Positions 7,529 to 17,300 of a stretch of 64,000 nucleotides of DNA are shown here, piece by piece. The notes beneath the pieces were generated by a model. The model did not search any database and had not been told where the DNA came from. It saw only the letters and a program-made list of their open reading frames with translations. The stretch's first letter is position 1. Every line of letters begins with the position of its first letter. Location: IMG/VR virus record IMGVR_UViG_3300010429_001883, positions 1 to 64,000 of that record; one strand, written 5' to 3'. The translations under genes and the position numbers were made by a program. This stretch comes from a virus. Taxonomy: Duplodnaviria; Caudoviricetes.

Positions 7529-9064
7529 TAATTCTTTGCTCCATGAGAGAATTAGATCCTTGAATTTTCCGGGGTTGGAAAACATGGGGATATAGTACAG
7601 TATCTTAGCATCTAATGAGCTAAGACGAACAATCGGTTTATTGGGGGAAAACACGGTCTGCCCAACAGTAGCCGGGTTAACGGCTATAACGGTACAACCA
7701 ATATCGAAAATTTTCTCAGAATCAACGTTATTGGGCATTGCATCGCTGGCCCAACTCACTTCGTCGGAGAAGACAATCATTACGTCAGGATTGTGTTGCT
7801 CCTTTACCTTTCTGACTGTTTTTGCAAGGGCCGTTCCGCCGCTGCCGTTAATGTTTAGAGCCCCTTTAAGGGAAATAGGGGAGTGAGACATAGCAAAATA
7901 TTTTTTGTATTGCTGGGTAACATCGCGGTGATTGGTATCGAAAAGGAAGAATGAAACTTCCTTAGCCTTAGAAATAGGCTTCATCATTAAAGCCAGATAG
8001 CTGGTTACCATATTCATAGCATTACCACATGTCAAAACTTTGCCGTCAACGTTAGAAATGCTAAATCCCATGCTGCCGGACTTATCGATAAGTACAGCCA
8101 CCTTTTTATCGCTTAGGCCCAAATCAATTCCATTGATGTAGATACCAAGCTGAGCATCTATAATGCTGGAGAACTGTGGATGAGAACTAAGCGCTGCGTT
8201 CAGTAGATCAAACGGATTGCATACCTTAGTAGAAGGTATTCCGTTTTGGATCTTTAATGCATTGGAAAGTTTCTGTTCCAGAGCCCAACAAGCTTCAGGT
8301 GTTGGCTCAATGGAAGAAAGATTGCGAATTAGTGAATTGAGAGACATTTGGGCGATGTTGGACTGAAGCCAGGTCTGCTTTTCAGTATCAGACATCTCTG
8401 TACTGGAAAGAACAGAAACAGCGGTTTCCTTCTGAAGAGCGGCTTCTTTTCTATTCTCAATAATAGCTTTATATAGAGCCGACATCTTATCGTTTTTGGG
8501 CTTGGGATGGAGCTTCTTAATAAGCCAAGCCAGCGAGTATTCCTTGTTCTTCATCCTACGGGCTTTAAGAGTCCTTTCGCTCATACTTTCCAAGCATTTG
8601 GAAAGAGCATCCTTATAAAAAGGTGGGAAGGCTTTGAGCGGATCTTGCCCTAAATAGGAAGCAAGAGCAAAGCTGTTAGCGATTTTGTCGGGGCGGTCAA
8701 AAACCTTGAGAGACGTTTCTCTAATAAGCTCTTTATACCCCGAATTGTCTTCTTCACCTTTCATTTTAAGGGCTTCATTAGTCAGGATAACGACAGGGGA
8801 AAGCCGAATGCCAAATGCCTGGCTAAGAACCAGAGCAACGGCACATTTATACTCATCATTTTTAATTTCGTCTAGGCAGAGGAGTATGTTTTCAAGGTGC
8901 TCTTCAGCGGTGTGATAGAATGAGCTTCTAGGTTTGAAACAGGAAGCCTGAAGGAAGAGGCTGACTTCGGGCGGAAGCTTAAAAACTTCTGCGCCTTCAG
9001 CATTAGTAGCGGTTTGCGGAGTTTTCTTAACCGTCCTGTTAACAAAACCAGGATTAGTGCTCAT
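7523..9064 (-). CDS. Ro60/TROVE-domain RNA-binding protein with C-terminal vWA domain
   Basis: N-terminal TN.EG...F; RPD; SLAWLIKKLHPKP; LIRNL; vWA MIDAS DKSGSM, GGTAL and FSDE; 513 aa. Confidence 0.88.
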   Translation of the reverse strand: MSTNPGFVNRTVKKTPQTATNAEGAEVFKLPPEVSLFLQASCFKPRSSFYHTAEEHLENILLCLDEIKNDEYKCAVALVLSQAFGIRLSPVVILTNEALKMKGEEDNSGYKELIRETSLKVFDRPDKIANSFALASYLGQDPLKAFPPFYKDALSKCLESMSERTLKARRMKNKEYSLAWLIKKLHPKPKNDKMSALYKAIIENRKEAALQKETAVSVLSSTEMSDTEKQTWLQSNIAQMSLNSLIRNLSSIEPTPEACWALEQKLSNALKIQNGIPSTKVCNPFDLLNAALSSHPQFSSIIDAQLGIYINGIDLGLSDKKVAVLIDKSGSMGFSISNVDGKVLTCGNAMNMVTSYLALMMKPISKAKEVSFFLFDTNHRDVTQQYKKYFAMSHSPISLKGALNINGSGGTALAKTVRKVKEQHNPDVMIVFSDEVSWASDAMPNNVDSEKIFDIGCTVIAVNPATVGQTVFSPNKPIVRLSSLDAKILYYIPMFSNPGKFKDLILSWSKELI

Positions 9065-9407
9065 AGTATCTCCGTTGAAGTTTAAAGCAGGTCACGGGGA
9101 ATGGCTACCTGCGTCGCCTTGTTAACTTTCTGCAGCAACCTTAGTTACCCCGATTTACACTGAAGGAATAGAAGTTCATTAAAGCGTATAGCTTCTAGGG
9201 GAACTTCCTCTATTACGCTGCGGCTGTCAAGCGTGGACCCTAGATTAGGGGTTCGGGAGTACCCCTAACTTTAGCTGGATTAGAGCCACTTAAGAATTAC
9301 CTTAAGCTCCCAAGGGAAGGACATAGCCTGTTCTCTAATCCATTTCCCAATAACAACCCTTAACCAACCTTTTTCCGTTTCTTACCAAATATAGCAATAG
9401 TAAACAC

Positions 9408-9680
9408 TCAAAATTTTTCAAAAACCTCACTAACAATTCCCTTAAGGAAAGTCAGGGCATCTCCTTGCTCATCTTTAGAATCAGGATATAACAGTTCAAA
9501 TCGAATTGTGCTAAGCATAGTTCGAGGATTAGGAGATTTATAAACTCGGGCATAAACACCTAGCCCGGAAGATATAGATTTTGACAAAATTTCATCAATT
9601 ATAGGGAAGATGTTTTGATAGGTTAATTTTTTAGGATCATACAGATCAACGAAATTTTTAGTTTTATTGATGGTGATCAT
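9408..9680 (-). CDS. Hypothetical protein
   Basis: Co-oriented ORF. Confidence 0.6.
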   Translation of the reverse strand: MITINKTKNFVDLYDPKKLTYQNIFPIIDEILSKSISSGLGVYARVYKSPNPRTMLSTIRFELLYPDSKDEQGDALTFLKGIVSEVFEKF

Positions 9681-9879
9681 GGTATTTTATTTTAAATCCT
9701 TTTTGTTAAAACTTATAACCACCATCATAATAGTAGGGCCATTTGTACTTGTCATCTACATATATTTCTGAATCTTCCGATAGCGAAAATCCAAGATTTT
9801 CTTCATCTTCTATAATCAGAATTTCGTCTGGCTTATCTTTTGGATCTTCTGTCATTCAATATATTCCTTAATAGGAAAA

Positions 9880-9956
9880 TGGTGGGCCCTGTAGGAATCG
9901 AACCTACGACTGCCCGGTTATGAGCCGGGAGTTCTAGCCATCTGAACTAAGGGCCC
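9880..9956 (-). tRNA. tRNA(CAT), Ile2 (lysidine) type more likely than elongator Met
   Basis: GGGCCCT/AGGGCCC-ACCA and CCCGG-CTCATAA-CCGGG resemble bacterial Ile2 tRNAs. Confidence 0.88.
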
Positions 9957-10012
9957 ATTAAAAAACCTGAGGCTATACAGCCTCCGGAAATTATAGCCAT
10001 AAATAAAACTAC

Positions 10013-10046
10013 AAAAAAATAAGGGCTAGTCTGAACGACTAGCCCT
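10013..10046 (-). terminator. Intrinsic terminator
   Basis: AGGGCTAGTC/GACTAGCCCT hairpin followed by a T run on the minus strand. Confidence 0.75.
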
Positions 10047-10069
10047 CGTCTTCCTGGAGATGACTATGA

Positions 10070-10453
10070 TCAAGCCGAACTTTCTCCGTTTCTGCTTTTT
10101 TGCAACTTTGGGGGTTGCTTAAAAAAGTACTCGGAACGGTGTTCGGGCCGATCAATGGCTTTCTGAATTTCCTGAACGTAAATGACCTGACAAGAATCCT
10201 TATGGAGTTCTTCATTGACTAAGCCAGCACCGCAACACTTGCAAATCCCGCCTTCAGTTTTTGAATCAATCCATTCCTGCAGGATATTGTACAGCAGTAT
10301 GGATTTCTTAACTGGAAGAACGAGATTCGAATCCAACCACTTCGTTTTAGGTTGGACGGCACTTTCAAGAATTTCAATCAGAGTTTTTAGGCTGCTCATC
10401 TTTTGCCTCAAGAGTAATTGTGGGCGGTTGAATTCCAAAAGCCTTAAACACAT
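10070..10453 (-). CDS. Hypothetical protein with CxCC...H...C motif (true start probably MSSLK near 10399)
   Basis: ORF track; operon context. Confidence 0.6.
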   Translation of the reverse strand: MCLRLLEFNRPQLLLRQKMSSLKTLIEILESAVQPKTKWLDSNLVLPVKKSILLYNILQEWIDSKTEGGICKCCGAGLVNEELHKDSCQVIYVQEIQKAIDRPEHRSEYFFKQPPKLQKSRNGESSA

Positions 10454-10841
10454 GAGTCACTTTCTTGTCATTCTTGAACTTAGAATTAGACTTTGTGTTT
10501 CGGAACGGGTAAGATCCGACGTGTCTCCACGATACGTCAATTGGTCCTTTATCAAAGAAGAACACAAAGTCTACAATCTCAAAAGATTGGATGTAAGTGT
10601 GCATCAAGTACATTACGAATTTGTTATCAACAAATTCGCAATACACTACTGTATACGGCCTGTGCATTGTCTGGTGCGTATAGAAGTAGGTTGTTCCCTC
10701 ATGTGTAAAGGATTGCAGTTGGGCCAGCGGAATTTCCAGAGTGGAAATTGAGCCGGCCATGTTGGCTTGGCCGAAGGCTGGAACAAGTCCCAAAAGTGCC
10801 AGACAAATAATCGCAAATACTTTCATTCTTAATCTCCTCAA
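10374..10841 (-). CDS. Secreted hypothetical protein
   Basis: Signal peptide MKVFAIICLALLGLVPAFG. Confidence 0.7.
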   Translation of the reverse strand: MRRLRMKVFAIICLALLGLVPAFGQANMAGSISTLEIPLAQLQSFTHEGTTYFYTHQTMHRPYTVVYCEFVDNKFVMYLMHTYIQSFEIVDFVFFFDKGPIDVSWRHVGSYPFRNTKSNSKFKNDKKVTHVFKAFGIQPPTITLEAKDEQPKNSD

Positions 10842-10853
10842 CTTTTAGGGTTA

Positions 10854-11105
10854 CTATTCTTCTTCTTCGTTCTTTTCGCTGATCTTAACGATCATTGTCG
10901 AGAATCTTAGGGCCAGCTGGAGATAGCCAAGAAGAAAAGCTACCATGTAGAAGGAAGCTCTTGCCCAATTGAATAGTATGTCGTTTGCGTCTGACAGGCC
11001 AGCTAGCTTGGCCAAGAACGGAAAACTCTCATAAATTGCTAATCCCCAAAGGGATAGCAATAAGTATCCAATAAAGTGCACCAGCCAGATTTTCGTATCT
11101 TTCAT
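10854..11105 (-). CDS. Two-TM membrane protein
   Basis: Two hydrophobic helices, acidic tail, AAGGAG RBS. Confidence 0.7.
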   Translation of the reverse strand: MKDTKIWLVHFIGYLLLSLWGLAIYESFPFLAKLAGLSDANDILFNWARASFYMVAFLLGYLQLALRFSTMIVKISEKNEEEE

Positions 11106-11218
11106 AGGAACTCCTTAACAAAAGGTGCTGTCTTGCGGTGTTGCGTAGCACATTAGCAACAGACAGCCCGCAAGAAACAGGATGTGCTTCTTGTTGCGCT
11201 AATGCGCCAGCACCTATT

Positions 11219-13054
11219 TTATTTGTCAGATCTCACTCGGATAAGGATCGGAGCACGAACCTTATTTGTTTCAGTACTTTGACTCATTCCTTCTACTTCA
11301 GCATATGAATCGATGTAATTTTCTGGGTTCTTCCATGCATCGATTTTCATAGCATCCGTAGTAATCTTAACGGGCTGCCCATTCTCGAGGATGAAAACTC
11401 CTGCTCCTATGGGCTGGTTTCCAACAAACCATTTACTGTTTTCTGAAGTTGCTTCTACGGGTTTAATGCCAATAATTCGTAGATCAAATGTTTCTTTGTT
11501 CTTGTCTTTGTAAACCAATTTTAGTCCTTCTTCATGTCTATGCTTAAACACAACTCCTTCACCAAACTCTCGTTCCTGCTCCATCCTCCGGAGATTTAGT
11601 TTGGCATTTTTCGTTGTAGCATGTTTTGGCACATGCAAGAAGGGCATTTCCTTATGCATTTGATCTACGATAGGCATTTTATCCACGTACTTACGATTAA
11701 GGATGTATTGACCATCCACCCGCTTAATATCCAGTACTTTCATTCTTAATTTACCGTGCTTTTCTTGCAGTTGTTCAGCTAGTACTGGATGCGAGTTAAG
11801 TACCGATGTGGAGTAATCAAGTGGTTTGGCCCATTCGCTTCCACCTGTTCCAGCTGCATATACTTCTACTGCAATAACTGTTGGGCCATTCGTATAGTAC
11901 TTACGTGGGATATCACCGAACTTCACATGGAGCATATTCCATGATTTGTCGATACCCTCAAAACCTGTATCTGTTCGAACTACTTTTCCATCAACGTGTT
12001 TTGGTCTTCTACTAATAACAGATACTTGAGGATAATCGTGATGGATATCCTTTGGCTTGTCTATCACAAGCCAATAAAACCCACCATCATACTTTCGCTC
12101 CATGATATAATTCGGATCGTTGATTAGTTCCTCATACTTAGCTCTTCTGCTTGAGTTGCTTCCGCTTAGGTCAACCATCTTCCATGGTCGGTCTTCCCAC
12201 TCAACAATTCTGGGCTTAAGCTGAAGCATAAGAACATTATCCCAACGAGTACTTTTCACCTGCGATGATGCGGTAAATGGGACAAGTGCAAATGGAGATG
12301 GGTGGCAATCAAAGAACACGTGATAATTATCACTTGCTCCAGTCCAGACAACGGCTTTTCCGGAGTGAATAACCTTCGTTACTCCGGCGCCATAACCACG
12401 TTCTGCAATTGGAGCATTATTTCGATGATAGCCATGCCCATAAGTAGTTTGCACTAGATGGAATCTTTCTTTACTATCAGGAAGTCTGCACTTGGTAGTT
12501 ACAAAGCTAAGATACTTGCCTTTTTGAGTTGGATGTTCTAGCCGAATATCCCAATGACGTTCAAATCCAGGAACATCATACAATTTATTCCTGGAATTGA
12601 GATACTTCATTTTCTCTTGAGTCTTGAGAGAATACCAATAGTCATGTGCCTTATTAGTTTTCGGAGTTGTGTGCTCTTCGATTGTGTAATTAACTAACTT
12701 CGGCTTTGGGACGATTGGTAGGGCTTCATTTTGGAGTGGTTCTTGAGCGGGGTTAGTAGCGGGTTCGGCTGATTCAAATTCAGCACCAACAGCGCCGGCA
12801 AAATTTTCAACAACTTTCTTAGCCGGCTCAATTCTCTTGGCAAGCTTCTGAAATCTAGCCTCGGCGAGAGGCATTCTACGCGGCTCTGGGACACCCATCT
12901 TTGGTTCCACTTTGTGGTAATAAGCGTGACTGATGCACTTGGTAACTACTGAGGAATTACCAAGTGCATACTTCACGGTGCCCCAAAATGCAAACTTCTT
13001 GACTAGCCTCATCTCCTCCTTAGACAGAGGAAGGGACTGTGATGCTGACGACAT
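11219..13054 (-). CDS. ATP-dependent ligase fused to a LigD-type 3'-phosphoesterase domain
   Basis: PE-like EEH...HWDIRLE...VQT..H...GYGAG; ligase motif I ERKYDG, EGVVFK, YKDK; OB-fold end RAP..IRVRSDK. Confidence 0.82.
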   Translation of the reverse strand: MSSASQSLPLSKEEMRLVKKFAFWGTVKYALGNSSVVTKCISHAYYHKVEPKMGVPEPRRMPLAEARFQKLAKRIEPAKKVVENFAGAVGAEFESAEPATNPAQEPLQNEALPIVPKPKLVNYTIEEHTTPKTNKAHDYWYSLKTQEKMKYLNSRNKLYDVPGFERHWDIRLEHPTQKGKYLSFVTTKCRLPDSKERFHLVQTTYGHGYHRNNAPIAERGYGAGVTKVIHSGKAVVWTGASDNYHVFFDCHPSPFALVPFTASSQVKSTRWDNVLMLQLKPRIVEWEDRPWKMVDLSGSNSSRRAKYEELINDPNYIMERKYDGGFYWLVIDKPKDIHHDYPQVSVISRRPKHVDGKVVRTDTGFEGIDKSWNMLHVKFGDIPRKYYTNGPTVIAVEVYAAGTGGSEWAKPLDYSTSVLNSHPVLAEQLQEKHGKLRMKVLDIKRVDGQYILNRKYVDKMPIVDQMHKEMPFLHVPKHATTKNAKLNLRRMEQEREFGEGVVFKHRHEEGLKLVYKDKNKETFDLRIIGIKPVEATSENSKWFVGNQPIGAGVFILENGQPVKITTDAMKIDAWKNPENYIDSYAEVEGMSQSTETNKVRAPILIRVRSDK

Positions 13055-13523
13055 GAGAAGTCTCTAGTTTGGCTCTTTGCTGAGCAATAAAGTCAAGAGC
13101 CTGTTTCTTACGGCGCTCATATTCAGCCCAAAGAGCATCATAGTCCGTCCACACGGCATAGATTGCCAGCGTGTAGATAATGATGGGGCTGAATGAGAAG
13201 ATCCAATGGAGAGTTGACATGACGCCAAATCCTATGGCTAGCGTAGTGACTGGACTGAGGTTAAAGCGCTTGGATATCCAGTTACACACGGGGATGGAAG
13301 CAACAGCACATCCAAGCAGCGGAAAGAAATAACAGATAAGAACTCCAATGCCAATTGGCACAAAGTTCTTATGTATGAGTCTAAATGTGTCTCTGATGAT
13401 GGATCGAGCTGCCAGAACTGGAGATGAATTCCACACTTTCTTAGCAGCATTAACCATTCCTTTGAAGAATGATTTGATGCCATCCCAGATACTGTAACAA
13501 AATCGTGCAATTCTGGCAACCAT
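13020..13523 (-). CDS. Multi-pass membrane protein
   Basis: Several hydrophobic segments; GGGAG RBS. Confidence 0.7.
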   Translation of the reverse strand: MVARIARFCYSIWDGIKSFFKGMVNAAKKVWNSSPVLAARSIIRDTFRLIHKNFVPIGIGVLICYFFPLLGCAVASIPVCNWISKRFNLSPVTTLAIGFGVMSTLHWIFSFSPIIIYTLAIYAVWTDYDALWAEYERRKKQALDFIAQQRAKLETSHVVSITVPSSV

Positions 13524-13547
13524 GGTTTTCTCCCGATTTTAAGATTT

Positions 13548-13571
13548 AGGGGGGATAACAGTCTCCCCCCA
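13548..13571 (-). terminator. GC hairpin, probable terminator or processing site
   Basis: GGGGGA/TCCCCC stem just after the 13582 stop; the U tail is weak. Confidence 0.45.
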
Positions 13572-13581
13572 AAGTAGCTGC

Positions 13582-14301
13582 CTACTGGCCGTTCTCGACA
13601 TCGTCCGGATTGGGCGAAGTCGGAATGATGCTGGACAGGATCTCCTTCACGGTGCTGGCCGCCACACGAACGCCAGCGGCGGCACCCTTCAGAGAACCGG
13701 GCTTGGCAATCTCGTGGATGTCATGCTGATTAGTTTTCGCATTGACAGTCCACATGATGTCCACCTTGGAGCGATTGCTGGCAATAGCCGCCAGCACGAG
13801 GGCCAGGGTGCTGAGGTCGTCGTTCTGGATGTCCTCAACTGGGTCCCAGTCCATCAGGTTGGGGGCGATGCATTCATCGCTCTCGAACTGGATCTGCAGG
13901 TTCGAGTTCTTGAAGTCCTCCTTCACCTCCCGCGTGAGCGTGAAGGGCTTGCCGGCCATAGCCGCGTAGTCCACGGCACCAAGCAGGCGCATCAAATTGA
14001 TGCCACTCTGCGTGTTACCACGGACAGCTTCCGGAGTGTCCGACGGGTTGAACGTAATGTTCATGGTCTTCCGATTGGACATGGTCGGGGACTGGTTGCG
14101 GTCAACGCTCCGAATGAGTTGCTGTTCTTCGGTGCCGTCGGCCTTCTTGCGGGGATCAAGGTCGAGGCGAACGCGGGCAACGAAATTGTTGCTGTTCGCC
14201 GCAGCGGAACGAGCCAGGCTAGCCGCCGTGACAGTTGCGCTCGACACTTCGCCGGACGACGGAGTGTACGAAGCGGTGGGGTTTTGAAGATTGATCTTCA
14301 T
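13582..14301 (-). CDS. Hypothetical protein coupled to RNAP-1 (possible ssDNA-binding protein or transcription cofactor)
   Basis: ATGA overlap with the RNAP-1 stop; AGGAGG RBS; GC-richer codon usage; acidic C-terminal tail. Confidence 0.75.
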   Translation of the reverse strand: MKINLQNPTASYTPSSGEVSSATVTAASLARSAAANSNNFVARVRLDLDPRKKADGTEEQQLIRSVDRNQSPTMSNRKTMNITFNPSDTPEAVRGNTQSGINLMRLLGAVDYAAMAGKPFTLTREVKEDFKNSNLQIQFESDECIAPNLMDWDPVEDIQNDDLSTLALVLAAIASNRSKVDIMWTVNAKTNQHDIHEIAKPGSLKGAAAGVRVAASTVKEILSSIIPTSPNPDDVENGQ

Positions 14302-17300
14302 GAGTCATGCCTCCTGAACAAGCTAAAATATTTTTCAATACCTTGACGAGTCTCCTCATCATATTCAGGGTACTGGTCATTGTATACCCTGAATACCCTC
14401 TGAAGAAGCTCTGTCGGAGCTACTTTCCAAATCAATGAAGTACGAAGATTATATCCTAGTACATCCCTGAAATCAGTAGCCCTTATAGCACCAAGAAGAG
14501 AGAAAAACCACATAGAGATCATATCATAGTGACCAGGTTTTGCAACTCTTCTCATGATGTCAGCCAGATTATGAACAACACCTGGCTTCTGTATTCTTCC
14601 TTCCTTATCCACAACACCATGCAAGAATCGGGTTACTTCCGACCATTCCATGGTTGACGTGAATCCTTCTTCGCTGTTGACATCAAACTGCTCTGCATAT
14701 TGCTGAGTCAGTTTGGTATACATTTCCATAACGACGAGGGCGTATTCTTTCAACTCGTTAACAGCCATGATATCCAGAGAAGCGTTAACTAGAGGATCAA
14801 GTTCTTTCAGGATGGCTGTGAAGATTGGCGTGTACATGTGCATGAAGCTCTGGTTAAAGATGATTGAATACTTATTCTCGTACGGAGTACCTGCATACCC
14901 ACGAGGGATAAGGCTGGTAAATTCCAGAGAGATGAAATCGTCAACGATTTCATAATACGGATGATTGAAGATTTGGTATGCAAGCTTCTTATTGTTTGGC
15001 AACCAAACGTTCAGCACCCAAATCCAATAATCACGTAGGAACATCCACCAATCCAAATATTGGTCTTTGGAATAGGGGATTTTGTGTCCAGTGTCGCGGA
15101 CAAACTCCAGGAGCATTCCGCTTAACGTGGGCGGCGAAGAGAGTTTTTCTGGGTTGAAGAACAGAATCGCGTTAACAGGATTTTCATGATCGTGAACGAA
15201 CAAAAAATCCTTTTCAAGTTGATCTGAATAATCAACTTGAATGATATTGTGTTTAGGCTTGAAGTCTTCGATAACGCGCTGAATATGTTGCCTGAGTTGT
15301 GTTTTCTCTTCGTCGGAAAGATTCTGTTTCTTGCAAATTCTTTCGAAGACAATCCTAGTCACGCGATTGTCTTCGATACCGATAGCGGCTTTGGAAGTAA
15401 GCGTTTTGTAAGCAGCATCAACGACTTCTGAGACGCTCATAATATCGCATTCGTTGATATTTTCGCCCTTAAGCCCTTCCAGCCTGCTACCCTGCTTACA
15501 GAATCCGGTAGCCCATGTTGGTAGAATGCCTGCCAGATCACCATCGAAATCACCTGAAGCAGTAGCCCAATCCTCCGGATGCAGTTCGACTACGTTTCCG
15601 AAAGACCAATCCACTACTTTCGCAGTGAATGAATCTCTCGTTCTCACCTTGCGAGAATCGCTTTCGGTAATGCAATCGAGATTCGGGTTTCTAACGATGG
15701 TGATATATCCGTTGGCATCAACGATGGGTTTGAAGTCTAGCGGGATTCGGCACTCGCCCTGCTTCAGTCCGATTCCAGGTGCGGCTAGCCGATACCCATA
15801 CTTGACATGGGTCATGCCTTTTTCGTTGGCTACAACCTTGTTAGCCAACTTGTAGGTACATTTGGCTTTGAGAGCAACCTTAGCCAGAAGGTTGGCAACT
15901 CTTCCAATGACCTGCGGGTGGAACGGAGCCATGCCCATTTTTATCAGCACCATAGCTGATTGGAAACTGGACAGGCTGCTCTGGGACATGTTATCGTATT
16001 CAAGGATCTTCTCAACTACACTATACTTTTGGGAAACAACCTTTCCTTCACACATGAAAGAGTCTTCGATAGCGTTTCCCTTAGTATAGATCAGATCAAT
16101 GACTCGCTGAATTTTAGCGAGTTCATTACGAATCAAACCCTTGATACGATCTTTGTCGGGTAGTCCTCTAGCAACCAATTGACGGCTAACATTGCTATAA
16201 GGCTTCTTAGCAGCGGCATCGTCACTAAAGATTCCGATATCATCGGAACTAATCTCACATGCAGGATATGAGATAGTTGGTGTGGCACAGCCCGGACATT
16301 TTGTAACGTTACGGCTCAATGGCAACCAACGCCATGAACATCCGGGGTTTTCACACATGGACAAGCGATGTTCTCGAGCTTCAAGATCAAGACGTGCACG
16401 ACGTTCTTGCTTGATGGCCTTCGGGTTAAAAACAACCCGAATAGTGTCCACATCAAGCGGAAGACCGAATTCAGATTCCCATACGTGGTCTGGAAGGAAT
16501 CGAATGCATCCTTTTACGGAGCTGGATGCACACTGCAGCATTGTCACATCGCTAATGTAGCCACTTGCAGCCATCAGTTGCATTCCATAGGTTGCCGGCA
16601 TGAAGGCAATGATGCCATCATACTGAGTCAACCGATCAAGGATAATTCCACGCAACAAGGGCTTTTTGGATTTCTCCAAAATCTCTCCGAGCCTCACACG
16701 AGATTTGGCTGACGGAGTCGCAAAATAGCTACTTTCGAAATGCAGCTGGTTACAGGGCATCACGAATCGCTTGACGGTAGTGACAAGCGACATTCTGGAC
16801 ATTCTTTCCTCATTTCCCATTAGTGGGACGTAAAACAGTTCCATCCCACTACGGTCAGTAAACGATGTAAGGTGAGGCTGATTTCCATACTTCGCATAGA
16901 AATCCTGGAATCGTTCAAAGGTTTCTGGAGTCGGCGGATACTCAGATGGAGCAACTGGAAGATTCTTAAACTGCTTGGGGATTCTATCCTCCGGCCAAGG
17001 GCCAAAGCGCGCTTTCAGGCAATCTTCTCCGATAAGAATTCCAAGCTTATCTTCGCCGTTGCCACGAAAAGCAGCTTCATCACAATACAGGAATGTGGCA
17101 CTAGTCACCATTCCTGTACTAGTGCCGAGAGGATAGAGGGCATCGATGGTTGGAACACCGGTTCGTCCAGTCATTACTTGTTCAAACAACTGTGGTGATC
17201 CAAGCATCGTATTTCTCTGCCCCGTGTTAGGATCAATAACCTTCACGAGATAGATGCTTCCGCCCATGCGTTTAGCTGTGGTATAAGCCAAACAAGAACG

